DNA of 64,000 bases from Patescibacteria group bacterium (GCA_024277435.1 JAJRVJ010000031.1:11-64010), one strand, 5' to 3'; shown: positions 39,540 through 51,109, counted from the first letter of the stretch. Program-made: numbers and translations. Notes: generated by a model not told the origin, from the sequence alone.

Positions 39540-40523
39540 TTATAGTGCAGAGGCCGCTATAATATCACCATATGGGACAGCTTCTTCTTCAGTACTTCCA
39601 GCGAATTCATATTCAACATATACCCGTCCGGCATCAGTATCAATACTAGATACAGTTGCCTCGTCCATAGCGCCAAATAGTGGAAACATTACTGCGTCAC
39701 CAACCTGCACATCTGGAATAATTGGTAGTGCCACGGCATCTGCCTTTTCAACTACATCCATTACTCCTGCAAAGCCAATTACAAGTAACTTGCCATCAGC
39801 CTCATTGATAACTTGATAATGATTCCAAACGCCATTATTATCTACAGCTACAGCTGTGCCTGGTTGATATGGGGTGTCTAGTGTGATAAATGAATCAGCT
39901 TCCAATTCTTCACTAACCTCCGCTATTGGAGTTCCATCTGAAGTTGTAGCAGGATTATCCAATGCAATGTCTAAATATAATACTTCTGGAGTGGCTGGAT
40001 TTGTTGCATCAACAACGTAACCACGCTGCATCCCAGAACCAGATTGCCACCATGTAAGCACCACATCACCTACTGCAGCCGTTTCACCTGCAGGCAATGC
40101 AACCATCATTGCATTAGGCATTTGTGCAGAATCAATTACTTCTGTAAGTGTGGATTCTACAGCGCCAACTTCTTCTACTGTTGCGCTGTAATAAATGAAT
40201 GTGGAATTATCGGCACCTTCAACAAATGCTTCCTCTACCCATTCAGCCGGGGGAGCTAATACATACTCACCAACCTTAGCTGTTGTTGCTGTAGCTGGAA
40301 AATCAAATGGCACCTCACCTGGCTCAGCCACTACTGTTACTGCATCACCATCTCCTTCGCTATCGTTAGTGTTAGCGTTAGTAGTGTCTGTAGAATCATT
40401 CGTTGTTGATTCTGAAGCATTTGTATTGGATGTTGTTGTTTCAGACGATGTACATCCTGCCCCAATAAGGGTGAAGCTAGCAACTAAGAAAGCGCCAGCG
40501 AGTACTAACTGTTTTTTACGCAT
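39540..40523 (-). CDS. lipoprotein with Thr/Ser/Asn-rich linker, hypothetical
   Basis: lipobox LIGAGCTS; low-complexity linker. Confidence 0.45.
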   Translation of the reverse strand: MRKKQLVLAGAFLVASFTLIGAGCTSSETTTSNTNASESTTNDSTDTTNANTNDSEGDGDAVTVVAEPGEVPFDFPATATTAKVGEYVLAPPAEWVEEAFVEGADNSTFIYYSATVEEVGAVESTLTEVIDSAQMPNAMMVALPAGETAAVGDVVLTWWQSGSGMQRGYVVDATNPATPEVLYLDIALDNPATTSDGTPIAEVSEELEADSFITLDTPYQPGTAVAVDNNGVWNHYQVINEADGKLLVIGFAGVMDVVEKADAVALPIIPDVQVGDAVMFPLFGAMDEATVSSIDTDAGRVYVEYEFAGSTEEEAVPYGDIIAASAL

Positions 40524-40659
40524 ACTATATAGTATAGTTAATTATAAATTGACTTCAATGCAGTATAGCAAATTATTGCTTAGTGATCGAGTGAAACGCA
40601 TGATAGTATACATCTATTATGTTATCCCACACCCACTATCTACAACAACTAAAGCTTTT

Positions 40660-41278
40660 TTAAGCACTCTTTTTTGTGTAGTACAGTGTGAAGTACGGAA
40701 CCTCGTTCCATACTTTTTTTGTAATTGCCCTACGTTCTAATGGATAGTTCGCAAGAAGCTTTTGAATCTCTTCGGGGCTAGAATACCTATAGTATCGTTT
40801 AATATTATTACGCTCAATCTCCCCCTCAAAATCACCGTGGCGCATAGTTATAGCCAGTACACCATTATTATCCTTTAATAACTCAATAACATGGTGTAGA
40901 GATTTAATAAGTGCCCCTTTATCCATATTGTGCAAAGAGCTACATGCCCAAATTGCATCAAAGGGCTCTTCAGGAGAGTACTCATCCATTGCTGAGCACA
41001 CAAACTGTACATTCTTCATGTTATCAGCGCTACTACGGGCCCGCTCTATCATTCCCGGAGATAGATCCACGCCAGTAACAGCATATCCCATCTTGGCGAA
41101 CTGAATACTATGCATACCACTACCACAACCAAGATCAAGAATAGTTTTTACGGAATGCTCTTTTAGTAAATCAAAAAATGGTTTATTAATCTGTAGCAAA
41201 TCATCGCCAAGAACCATTAGGTCGTCCCATAACTTGGATTCTTGATTATAACTATCTTTAATTTGCTGTTGTTTCATG
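40660..41278 (-). CDS. class I SAM-dependent methyltransferase
   Basis: ILDLGCGSGMHS motif I; start chosen at MKQQQIKD to avoid 170-bp overlap. Confidence 0.6.
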
Positions 41279-41353
41279 CTGATTAGTGTATCATATAAAT
41301 ACAAGAGAGCCGCTTGATGCGGCCCTCTATGAATTCTTACCCCCTCTAGGTTA

Positions 41354-42091
41354 TTATTTTTGATGCTGTTGACCACCATGTCCTTTAAAATCTGGACGAT
41401 CTGGATGCAACTCCTGCATAAGCTCATGTGCAGCCGCTCTATCTCCTGATTCCATGAGTTCATGCGCTTCACTATGTGATTCAAAGCTTTCTTCTGATGT
41501 AATATCATCAATTTTTTCTTGATCAATTCCCTTTTCCTCTAGTTCTTCAGCCATAAATGTAGACCAACCTTCGTAATCATCATTCTCAAAGTACTCTACC
41601 ATCTCTTCTCTATGCTCACCTTTCATTCCATGTGAACCCTTACCAATTCTTCCTCTTTCTCCCATATGCTCTTCACGCTCCTCTTCTCGTAATTCTTGCA
41701 ATCCATCTTCACCAGATTCTTCATATACTGCTACGATTTCGTTAAAGTGTTCTTCGGAAGTACTTTCAGCAATCCGCTCCTCCATTTTTTCTACCATATG
41801 CTCTGGTGCATTTTCTAACAGCGCAGATGGCCGAGCTTCTTCAATTGCCGTTACCCAAGAATCATAGTCGTTAGCTGCGATGGCATCGATGATGGTTTGT
41901 TTTTGCTCATCGGTGATCTGCGGTTTCTGCATGTGGCGAAGACCAAATCCACGTTTTACTGTATCTTCTACTACTGTATCTGAGGTTGTGTCTGTGGCGG
42001 AGCCTTCTTGAGCAGAGGCAGAGGTAGCTCCAGCTGCTAATGCAATTCCTAAACCAGTTGCCGTAAGTGTTAGTAAACGTTTTTTATTCAT
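41354..42091 (-). CDS. secreted Glu/His-rich protein (Spy/CpxP-like LTxxQ motif?)
   Basis: signal peptide; ITDEQKQ motif; E/H-rich. Confidence 0.35.
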   Translation of the reverse strand: MNKKRLLTLTATGLGIALAAGATSASAQEGSATDTTSDTVVEDTVKRGFGLRHMQKPQITDEQKQTIIDAIAANDYDSWVTAIEEARPSALLENAPEHMVEKMEERIAESTSEEHFNEIVAVYEESGEDGLQELREEEREEHMGERGRIGKGSHGMKGEHREEMVEYFENDDYEGWSTFMAEELEEKGIDQEKIDDITSEESFESHSEAHELMESGDRAAAHELMQELHPDRPDFKGHGGQQHQK

Positions 42092-42210
42092 ATGCGTATA
42101 GCATTAATGTAATGCTTAGTTATATATTAGTTGCTTTTTATAACAGGCCTGTCACTAAGTACTACGCAGGCTATACGTATTTTCTTTCACTATATAACTA
42201 TTAGCCTTAT

Positions 42211-43977
42211 TTAACTTGATGATTGTGCTGAATCTATAAGTGTAAGGGCATCCTGAAATGACATTGCTTTCTTTACACGCCCACCTTGAATGAAAATAAT
42301 TTCATCAGCTGATTCAATAGTATTAAGGCGATGCGCAATTACCACCATAGCTATATCATTACGTAACTGTTCTAAAATATGATTCAATTGCTTCTCGGTT
42401 ACCGTATCTACATTTGCTGTAGCTTCATCAAGAATAAGTAGCTTTGGCTTACGAATTACCGCTCGCATAAACGCTACCAACTGCTGCTGCCCCAAGCTTA
42501 ATGAATCACTATCTAAATTTACCTCAGTAGCCAAGCCTTCAGGAAATTTTTCAAGAATAGTGCCTAGCTGCATTTCGTCAATAATTGCGCTTAACTTCTT
42601 CTCGTTATACCCATTGGTAAATTCTGGATGACCCATCGCAATGTTCATGCCAACACTTCCAGAAAATAATACGGGATCTTGCAGAATAAATCCTACCTCC
42701 TTGGCTATTTCCTCTGGTGTGTAACCACGAATATCCTTCCCGTTTAATAGAATACTTCCTTCCTGTACATCGTATAAGCGCATCATTAATGCAGCGGTAG
42801 TAGATTTACCACCGCCGGTTGGTCCCACCACGGCAACTGTAGTGCCGGGCTGAATACAAATGGTTGCATTATGTAATACATATTTTTCTGAATCATATCC
42901 AAATGACACATTATGAAACTGCATGATTGGCTCATCGCACTGCTCGGTGGCCACTATTTTTTCTGGCTCCAGTACTGGTAAATTATTTTTTAGCGACAAT
43001 AGAATCACTAAGCGCTTCCAAGCGGCGATAGATTTTTGTACATTAGCCCATAACGATGCAATGATGCGCAATGGTTCAAAAAATCTTCGCGCATAGGCAA
43101 AATAACTTACTAACAATCCAATGGTAATAGCATCTTGCCCCAATAAATACAAACCATATATAAGAACAACAATTTGCGTAATCTGTCCGGCAAATCTATA
43201 TAGTGGAGCAATAATACTATTAGCGATTCCGGCCATACGAGTTGCTTTGTATACCACTTGGCTTTGCTCCTCTAATGTAAAAACAAAGTAGTCGCGCCGC
43301 CCAAAAGCTATTACGGCTTTCATATTTTCTATCTGCTCTTGTACGTCCGCCGAAAACTCACCGGCCGTATCTAAACTCTTTTTATTTAAACGCTGCAGAA
43401 TTGCGTTACTTACCCGTGTGATGATAAATAATCCAACCGCTACACTTAATGTGGCTATTCCTAAACGCGGGTTAAGAATAACCATAAATACACCAATGCC
43501 AAATACGATGAAAAAACTACTTAATAAACGAACCAGTGTTTCTGCGAATAATGAATTAATAGTATTTGCATCGGTAGTAATACGCGCTACTAAATCTCCC
43601 GTTTTATTACTATTAAAAAATGCAATTGGTAAAAACTGGATCTTTGAAAATAATTTCTGGCGCAATCGATATAATACCCGCCGCCCGATGCGGCCCATTA
43701 ACTGAATATTGGCATAGCGCGTTAATCCAATAATCATATATACGCCAATTAATCCTATTGAGATTTGTACAAGTAACTCATAGTTATTTTCCATAATAGC
43801 CACATCTACTGCTTGACCCAATAAATATGGTGCCAGCACTTCAGCAGAAGCGTTTAGTAGTATAGTAACCCCGGCAATTCCTACACGCCTCCACTCCGGC
43901 TTCATAAATGGCCTAAACCCTTTGAATGCCTCCCAAAATGAAATTGCCTCTGTGTTGTTGTCTAAACGATAATTCAT
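42211..43977 (-). CDS. ABC exporter, fused permease/ATP-binding subunit
   Basis: 6 TM + Walker A GPTGGGKST + LSLGQQQ signature. Confidence 0.8.
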   Translation of the reverse strand: MNYRLDNNTEAISFWEAFKGFRPFMKPEWRRVGIAGVTILLNASAEVLAPYLLGQAVDVAIMENNYELLVQISIGLIGVYMIIGLTRYANIQLMGRIGRRVLYRLRQKLFSKIQFLPIAFFNSNKTGDLVARITTDANTINSLFAETLVRLLSSFFIVFGIGVFMVILNPRLGIATLSVAVGLFIITRVSNAILQRLNKKSLDTAGEFSADVQEQIENMKAVIAFGRRDYFVFTLEEQSQVVYKATRMAGIANSIIAPLYRFAGQITQIVVLIYGLYLLGQDAITIGLLVSYFAYARRFFEPLRIIASLWANVQKSIAAWKRLVILLSLKNNLPVLEPEKIVATEQCDEPIMQFHNVSFGYDSEKYVLHNATICIQPGTTVAVVGPTGGGKSTTAALMMRLYDVQEGSILLNGKDIRGYTPEEIAKEVGFILQDPVLFSGSVGMNIAMGHPEFTNGYNEKKLSAIIDEMQLGTILEKFPEGLATEVNLDSDSLSLGQQQLVAFMRAVIRKPKLLILDEATANVDTVTEKQLNHILEQLRNDIAMVVIAHRLNTIESADEIIFIQGGRVKKAMSFQDALTLIDSAQSSS

Positions 43978-45683
43978 GATGATAATCCATTTTCAGTATT
44001 TTGCTGTGATTCTGCAATTTGCTGATATTCAAATGAGTGCTTCATTAACTCGTCATGCGTACCAGTAGCTAACACTTCTCCTTCCATTAATACAATAATA
44101 TGATCGGCATCAACGATAGATTCTATAGTTTGGCTTACCACAATTCGGGTTTGATGGGGAAACGCTTCTGTGAATCGATCACGAATACGCTTATTTGTTG
44201 CCATGTCTACCCGGGCTATAAAATCATCTAGTAATAATATGTCTGGCTTATGCACTAACGCACGAGCTAAACTTACCCGTTGCTTCTGACCACCTGATAA
44301 ATTTGTACCACGCTCACTTACAATAGAATCTAGTCCATTCTCTAAGCCTTTAGCAAATTCCTCCAGGTCGGCTACGTGTAGTGCCTGCCAAATATCCTCA
44401 TCCGGAATAGAATGTCCGAGTGCAATATTATCTCGCAACGATCCCTGAAAAATAACATGGCCTTGAAATACCATACCAGTATGCAAGCGCCACTGTGCCC
44501 GATCGATATCATTAAATTGAATATCATCGATACGTAACTCACCTTCATCTGGCTGAATCAAACCAAGTAGCATATACAACACGTGCGTTTTACCAGCGGC
44601 CGTGGGCCCAATAATGGCTGTATATTTACCGAATGGAATATCAAATGATACGTTACGCAATATTGGCTTCTTATCAATCATAAACGATACATCTGTGAAG
44701 GAAATAGTATCACGCATTGATGGCACTACCGTTCCACCCTCAATAACCGGTACTGCGGTTAATACGGTTTTCATTCTAGAAAATGCTACGCCAGCACGTA
44801 TAAATATATTACTCACGAAACCTAATATAAAAATAGGAGTAATCAAGCCAGCTAAATATGTATAAAACGCTGTAAACTGCCCAATAGTGAGCTGATCATG
44901 CAGCACTTTCCAACCACCGTACCATATAACAACTACTATGCTGATGCTGGATAGTACATTTAATAATGGAAAAAAACTTCCAAAGGTTGCTAATAAACGA
45001 TAACCAATATCACGAGCTTCTCTATTGGCACCATCAAAATTAGCATCAAGATGTTTCTGTGCGAATAATACTCGTACAATAGTTGATCCAATAATTGATT
45101 CTGAAATCACTTTATTCAGCCGATCGGTATTGCTGCGTAATTCTTGAAATAACTTACGAATCCTTCGCATAACCACTTGAAACACAATAATCAATATTGG
45201 CATGGTGGCTAATGCTGATAGTGCTAATTTTACATCAATAGTAAATAGCATAATAGCACTACCAACAATCATAAATATTGCTGAAAGAATAGTTACAAAT
45301 CCCTGAGAAATTACTACCTTTACCTCATCTATATCGGAGGTGAAATTTGTAAGTAATTTAGCAGACGAATGTTTCTGAACAAATGCGTATGGTTGCCTGG
45401 CTAATGATTTTGCTAAAGCCGATCGTAAATCTACTGCTAAATGCTCGGTAACGGTTGTGCCAACAATAAGTTGAATAACACTGGCCGCTAAACCAATAAC
45501 AACAATTACTGATAGAAATATCAGTGTGCTATTTGGAGAAAATCCTTCTACCACAAACTGATCAATGGATTTACCAATTGTACCTGGAATAACTAGCGCG
45601 GCTCCACTACTCACAATACCTAAAAGAAATAGGAGTACGATCCAAATGCGATACGGTTTAATATATGGCCATAATTCTTTCAT
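43974..45683 (-). CDS. ABC exporter, fused permease/ATP-binding subunit (heterodimer partner)
   Basis: GPTAAGKTH, LSGGQKQR; 4-bp overlap with downstream partner. Confidence 0.8.
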   Translation of the reverse strand: MKELWPYIKPYRIWIVLLFLLGIVSSGAALVIPGTIGKSIDQFVVEGFSPNSTLIFLSVIVVIGLAASVIQLIVGTTVTEHLAVDLRSALAKSLARQPYAFVQKHSSAKLLTNFTSDIDEVKVVISQGFVTILSAIFMIVGSAIMLFTIDVKLALSALATMPILIIVFQVVMRRIRKLFQELRSNTDRLNKVISESIIGSTIVRVLFAQKHLDANFDGANREARDIGYRLLATFGSFFPLLNVLSSISIVVVIWYGGWKVLHDQLTIGQFTAFYTYLAGLITPIFILGFVSNIFIRAGVAFSRMKTVLTAVPVIEGGTVVPSMRDTISFTDVSFMIDKKPILRNVSFDIPFGKYTAIIGPTAAGKTHVLYMLLGLIQPDEGELRIDDIQFNDIDRAQWRLHTGMVFQGHVIFQGSLRDNIALGHSIPDEDIWQALHVADLEEFAKGLENGLDSIVSERGTNLSGGQKQRVSLARALVHKPDILLLDDFIARVDMATNKRIRDRFTEAFPHQTRIVVSQTIESIVDADHIIVLMEGEVLATGTHDELMKHSFEYQQIAESQQNTENGLSS

Positions 45684-45877
45684 GAAAAGCTAGTGTAGCA
45701 CACACCCTATATCAATGTCATGCAAGTACTACAAGAGAAATTGCATAGCATTGGGCAGGGCGGCAGCGTGAATCCGAAAACACACGCTGCGCGCGACCAG
45801 CTCCGCCCGAAGGCGAAGTGGTGCTCTGCCCCGGTTCAGAACCATATGTATCCGATGCACATCAAGCGTATTTATGC

Positions 45878-46597
45878 TTACTCTAGATCGAGCTCTAAAA
45901 ACGTAATTATACTATTCGCCACGCCCTCGGCGACAATATCGGCTTGATTAATAAGAAAATCTTGATCAGCCGCATTTGTAAGAAAAGCGGTTTCTAATAT
46001 TGCCGCTGGTGTTTGTGGATGAATTGAATGTTCATATTTCAACCAGTTAAACCCATAATAATAGCGCATGGCTCGTGTAATTCTTCCAGACCGTACTAAG
46101 CCGGTAGCTGCCTGATATTCAGCATTAATAACACCCGATAATTCCTGGCTGGCTGGAGTTAATGAATAGCCAGACCGTGATACAGAAAAACCATGAGCAG
46201 CCCGATTCTCGCTACCATCGGCATGGAGTGCAACAAATGCATCAGCTGTATAGTTAGGTGGAATAGTAGCTGGTAATAACTCTATTTCCACATCATATGG
46301 CTCAAGTAATTCTGCGGTCTTCTCAGCAATAACCAGCATAGCTTCAGGTTCGGTTACTCCACCACCGTGTGAACCTAAGCTACTGCCACGTAGTGAATCC
46401 AATTCATCGGGTAGTTCATTATTTTTCCAATGACCAATCTGTAGCGCTACCCGCGGTGTGGCACTACTTAGTATACTTGGTTGGAATAGTTGAGTTTTTG
46501 CATAGGCCACTGAATTTACTACGTACGTAGTTACTCCTACTGTAAGAATAGTAATAGCAAATCCAATAACTAGAGCTGTATATTTAGTGTTCTTCAT
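45878..46597 (-). CDS. N-acetylmuramoyl-L-alanine amidase (Amidase_3 family)
   Basis: VALQIGH, ALHADG, ETAFLTNAAD patterns. Confidence 0.55.
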   Translation of the reverse strand: MKNTKYTALVIGFAITILTVGVTTYVVNSVAYAKTQLFQPSILSSATPRVALQIGHWKNNELPDELDSLRGSSLGSHGGGVTEPEAMLVIAEKTAELLEPYDVEIELLPATIPPNYTADAFVALHADGSENRAAHGFSVSRSGYSLTPASQELSGVINAEYQAATGLVRSGRITRAMRYYYGFNWLKYEHSIHPQTPAAILETAFLTNAADQDFLINQADIVAEGVANSIITFLELDLE

Positions 46598-46655
46598 ATA
46601 TATTGGCCATATGAGCCAATACGGAATCTACACTACATTGCGTACAATTGCAAAT

Positions 46656-48077
46656 CTATTTTACAGTGATAGCCGTTACCATTCCTGACTCTGCGTGTTC
46701 TAGAATGTGACAATGATTTGCCCATGTCCCTTCATCTAATGGCACCATACCAACATCCACCGTTTCTTTTCCGTTTACAAGCACAGTATCCCGCAAATAC
46801 CCCTCATTTACTAGTGCCCCATCTTTAGCGAGTACTTTAAAGAATTGTCCATGAAGATGCATTGGATGAAGCCGACCTGAATTGTTCGTGAAGCGAATTT
46901 TTACAAACTCACCTTTCTCAAATTCTGCTATCTCTCCATTAGGATACACCTCTCCATTCATTGTCCACACTATACCCGTATCTGTGCGTTCGGCATCTAA
47001 TACGTATTCGTAATCAACTGGCTCATTAGTGGCATTAACCCAGCTTGATACATCTGTAGCAATAGGATACTCAAAATCCGGAGTAGCTACAGTATCACCC
47101 ATATCACCAACAACAATTTTTCCAAGTGTATTTATATTACGGGTATAAGTATCGGTTATGACAATAGTTTTTCCAGCATACGTTTGTGGAATACTAATAT
47201 CCACATCTATCCGATTACCCGGAGCTAGCTCAAACCCGTTTGCAGACATTACCCCCGCTACCTTCATTCCATCTACCGCTATTAACGCAGCGTCAAGCCT
47301 ACTAAAATCCGGAGTGTACACTCGCCCATTGGAAACATTTACCAAGCGTAACCTAATGCGTTCACCAGGTTTTACAGATAATTGTTCATCACTACTTCCA
47401 TTTACAGTAATTACATTTCCCCAACGGCCATCGTGCATCAAATCATGGTTGGTATTAAACGCCTCATTGAGCTCGCCCGTCTCTGTAATGCGCCAATCAT
47501 CCACTACCCAAGTAACGTCTTGTGAATATTCTGGATCAGCTGGATCTTCTACAATTAACGTTCCGTACAATCCCCGTTCTACCTGTTCACTTGTACGTAC
47601 ATGTGGATGATACCAAAATGTACCAGCGTCTTTTGGTGTAAATTCATACACAAATGATTCTCCTGGCTGAATTGGATCCTGCGTAACCCCAGGAACACCA
47701 TCCATTGCATTAGGAACGCGTACTCCATGCCAATGAATGGTGGTTTCTTGCGGAAGATCATTTGTAAAATTCACACGCACAGTATCACCAAGCTCCACTC
47801 GCAGCTCTGGTCCTGGCACTTCACCATTATAGGTAAATCCATCAATTTCTATACCCTCCGCTAATGCGTACGTAGTTTGTGATGCTGTGATATCGAATTC
47901 TTTTACTACTCCCGTGGCATTACTCGCTTCCGAGTAATTTACAGAATACCCATTATCACTTTCATAATTTTTCTTTTCCTTCTCTACGCTGTAGAGATAG
48001 CTAAGTACTAGCCACAGTATAGCCGCTACGATTAATATGATTATGCGTTTTTTCTTAGTATTCATACGTTCGTCCAA
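46656..48077 (-). CDS. multicopper oxidase
   Basis: HWHG, HPMHLHG, HCHILEH copper-site motifs. Confidence 0.8.
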   Translation of the reverse strand: MDERMNTKKKRIIILIVAAILWLVLSYLYSVEKEKKNYESDNGYSVNYSEASNATGVVKEFDITASQTTYALAEGIEIDGFTYNGEVPGPELRVELGDTVRVNFTNDLPQETTIHWHGVRVPNAMDGVPGVTQDPIQPGESFVYEFTPKDAGTFWYHPHVRTSEQVERGLYGTLIVEDPADPEYSQDVTWVVDDWRITETGELNEAFNTNHDLMHDGRWGNVITVNGSSDEQLSVKPGERIRLRLVNVSNGRVYTPDFSRLDAALIAVDGMKVAGVMSANGFELAPGNRIDVDISIPQTYAGKTIVITDTYTRNINTLGKIVVGDMGDTVATPDFEYPIATDVSSWVNATNEPVDYEYVLDAERTDTGIVWTMNGEVYPNGEIAEFEKGEFVKIRFTNNSGRLHPMHLHGQFFKVLAKDGALVNEGYLRDTVLVNGKETVDVGMVPLDEGTWANHCHILEHAESGMVTAITVK

Positions 48078-48116
48078 TTCAAGATTAATATCTCATTTAT
48101 CATTGCTCTTCAAGTA

Positions 48117-49463
48117 TTACATTGTTAGATGTGCTGTCGTTTCACCCATTAACACGTATATACTTAGCCCTGTAATAATTAGGCCGAGTATACCATAGAT
48201 CAACATAGTCGCATCAACCCGCTTTGATTTTCTGCTTAGAAAAGGCAGAAAGAATAGCGTAATTACAACAATGAGTGGCGCAAAGAGAATGGCTTTCATG
48301 CCCCACAGATTTTCCGTACCATAGATCCACAGTAGATACCACGGGGGCTTGGTAATTTCCAAGCCATTATATGCCTCACTAAATATTGGGGCAGGGATTG
48401 TAGCAAGAAGAAACGCCACCCCCCATAATACTCCCGAGGATATCGCAATCTGTTTTAGTTGAGGAAATTTACGCTTAGCGCTCACCGACCGTTGCTGTAA
48501 ATACCTCCCAGTTTGCGAGAGTAATCTCCGGAATGACATAGCATATATCGCATGTACGCCAATAAGGATAAGAATAGCAATCGGAATGGCAATAGTATGA
48601 AGGATAAAAAAGCGTAACAAAGCAGTATCCCCTACACCAATAAATAGGGCGACATTTGCTATTATATTAGGTAGATAGTTGGTTGCTCCTACCCAAAAAT
48701 GGGCATACGCTTCATAGCTCTCCTGGTCCGAACGCATAAAGGTTCCTAATAGCATTGCCGTAAGCACAAGCGCAAACATAACTAACCCAGTCCAGTAAGC
48801 AAACAACTTTTTCTTATCTGAAATCTTCGTAAGCACAACTCGCGTCATATGCACCACCAATAGCACTAATAGCATATCAGATGCCCAATAATGCAGGTTG
48901 CGAATGTATCCAACTATTGGACTATCGGCCATAGCTTGAATACTTTCGTAGGCTAATCCCGGAAATGGAATGTACCATAACGATATAATGGCACCAGTAA
49001 TAGTTATTAGCGCTAATAAGCTTACGACCATTGCACCAGTGAGATAATTCAGCCGCTGTATTATGCGTACAATCTTATTCTGTTCTCCAGGATTTAACCA
49101 CACCAATGCAACTATAAGCAATACTAATATACCAAGTATAATCACGGTAATAATCGATCGCTGATTTTCTGCATCAACTATCGCATGATTGTTCATTTTA
49201 ACTTCCTCCAGGATTTTTCCACCACCAATATTCGTCTGAGAGGATGATGAGAAATTGGTCCCAATTTCTACGGGAGCATGCAACATCGGTTGACTCGTGG
49301 AACTCGCATCATCTCCTCCGTGAGCAGAACTTGCTAAAGGTAAGGCTAGCACTGTACTCAATAGTACAATGCTAGCTAATAATAGATGTATCTTCATATT
49401 AGGTTTTGCGTGTATGATACACTTTTCTATATAGGACAAAACCCATAATTCCCGTAACAGCAA
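48117..49463 (-). CDS. cytochrome b (bc/b6-type) homolog with N-terminal His-rich extension
   Basis: helix B H-x13-H (LHYWASDMLLVLLVVHMTR), helix D H-x14-H, PPWY (PEWY-like) motif. Confidence 0.55.
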   Translation of the reverse strand: MLLRELWVLSYIEKCIIHAKPNMKIHLLLASIVLLSTVLALPLASSAHGGDDASSTSQPMLHAPVEIGTNFSSSSQTNIGGGKILEEVKMNNHAIVDAENQRSIITVIILGILVLLIVALVWLNPGEQNKIVRIIQRLNYLTGAMVVSLLALITITGAIISLWYIPFPGLAYESIQAMADSPIVGYIRNLHYWASDMLLVLLVVHMTRVVLTKISDKKKLFAYWTGLVMFALVLTAMLLGTFMRSDQESYEAYAHFWVGATNYLPNIIANVALFIGVGDTALLRFFILHTIAIPIAILILIGVHAIYAMSFRRLLSQTGRYLQQRSVSAKRKFPQLKQIAISSGVLWGVAFLLATIPAPIFSEAYNGLEITKPPWYLLWIYGTENLWGMKAILFAPLIVVITLFFLPFLSRKSKRVDATMLIYGILGLIITGLSIYVLMGETTAHLTM

Positions 49464-50349
49464 TTATTATGTAGAAAGCTATATTACCGGTGCGATCACC
49501 TGGTGCAGGAGCAGCCTCTCCATAGGTGGCTATGATAGCCGCAGGTACATCAGTTGTTATTACGCTATTCATTACATCACCACCTATATGTGCAACTAAT
49601 TGCTTACTAAATGCATCATTAGCTGATAAGCTGCCGCTATATATTTCATTTGCACCAAAGTATAAAGCAATACTGCTGTACTCACCAATTTCTAGATCAA
49701 CATTTCCCTCACCACCCTGTAGGGGCATGGCAAACTCATATACCCTCCCATTGCTACTGTCGCGAGATGCTTGCAATAGATTTGATATTACCTGATCACT
49801 CTCTAGTGTAATACCCCGCATCATGCCGCCCAGAGATTTGATATGATAATCTTCCACACCGTTCACCGACAATAATTTTACATCCTTAAATTCACTAGCC
49901 ATTCCATGATGGGGCGAAGCTTTTTGTAGTAATGCTATCCATTGCTTTGTATCAGTTTTTACAGCCCAATACATTGTATTATTTGATATAGTGGACCACA
50001 ACTCCACTGTTCTACCGTATTGATCAATTTTAGTGTAGCCAGCATCACTCCATTCATTATTATTTATTACTCCATCAATTACTGGCGCATCACCCTGATT
50101 GATAACGAATTCTGAGTGAAATTGTGATAGATCAACTTTATTGTTCAGTAATTCTTCAGGATAATTACTAGGATTATATGTCTCTAATATTTTTGATGGC
50201 CCTCCACCACAACCTTCACCATCCCAAATATCTCCCGTAACTGCATCGATATGGATATCTAATGAGTTCGATTCATATTTTTGCGGATTGTTACCACAGG
50301 CGGTAACGCCCGGGCTGCTTTTGATTGATTCGTCAGTAATGTCATACAT
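49399..50349 (-). CDS. hypothetical secreted/membrane-anchored protein
   Basis: 316 aa with C-terminal TM helix. Confidence 0.35.
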   Translation of the reverse strand: MYDITDESIKSSPGVTACGNNPQKYESNSLDIHIDAVTGDIWDGEGCGGGPSKILETYNPSNYPEELLNNKVDLSQFHSEFVINQGDAPVIDGVINNNEWSDAGYTKIDQYGRTVELWSTISNNTMYWAVKTDTKQWIALLQKASPHHGMASEFKDVKLLSVNGVEDYHIKSLGGMMRGITLESDQVISNLLQASRDSSNGRVYEFAMPLQGGEGNVDLEIGEYSSIALYFGANEIYSGSLSANDAFSKQLVAHIGGDVMNSVITTDVPAAIIATYGEAAPAPGDRTGNIAFYIIIAVTGIMGFVLYRKVYHTRKT

Positions 50350-50457
50350 GTAGACGTAGCGGCCATGCTCGTATGCGAACGCGTGAAAGTCTATATGATT
50401 AGCATTAGGATAGTTTATACTAATGTATCGATCAGCGATCGCTTGAGCTAATTCTGC

Positions 50458-50691
50458 TTAAATAGTTATGATTTCGGCTTCAACATCAGACTCAAAATCC
50501 ATTGCTAGCGGACTGCCGTCATTATGAGTCCATGCTACTAAACCCGATTCAGTGTTACCAATAGAAGCAGTTTGGCCACCGCACGCATAAGCGCTCTGCA
50601 GTGGCCAAATCAAACTTACGCCAACAACACCAAGTAAAGTGATTAAGCGTTTTTTCATAGTATTATTGGTTATAATAACTATCCCAGGCAT
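50458..50691 (-). CDS. small secreted hypothetical protein
   Basis: signal peptide after MKKRL. Confidence 0.25.
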   Translation of the reverse strand: MPGIVIITNNTMKKRLITLLGVVGVSLIWPLQSAYACGGQTASIGNTESGLVAWTHNDGSPLAMDFESDVEAEIITI

Positions 50692-51109
50692 TCTTACCGC
50701 CTTCTAGATCAACCACATTTGTATAGCCCATATCAACAAGCTCTTGCGCCGATCGTCCGCTCATGCTACCGGATCGACAATATACAGCGATTGGCGTTGT
50801 TTTATCTTTAGGCAATAACGTACTGGTAGATATTTGATTTTCTGGAATTAAGAGATCTGTGTCGGAAATATGTTCCTGCTGCGGCGTATGCACATCAATC
50901 ACTACAACATCTTCAGTTGTGGAAATATAGCTATTAAACTCCTGTGGAGATAATAGTGTAGCTGTTTTTACAATAGACTCGGTTGAATCCACTACATCTA
51001 CTTCATCCGTAGAAGAGCCTAGGCCTGTATACGCAATTAATGCGAGTAGCGCAAACCCAATGAGTAACAAGGCGACTAAGATAATGAATTGACTATTTGA
51101 TTTTTTCAT
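50663..51109 (-). CDS. rhodanese-like sulfurtransferase domain protein, membrane-anchored
   Basis: active-site loop YCRSGSMSGR. Confidence 0.7.
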   Translation of the reverse strand: MKKSNSQFIILVALLLIGFALLALIAYTGLGSSTDEVDVVDSTESIVKTATLLSPQEFNSYISTTEDVVVIDVHTPQQEHISDTDLLIPENQISTSTLLPKDKTTPIAVYCRSGSMSGRSAQELVDMGYTNVVDLEGGKNAWDSYYNQ

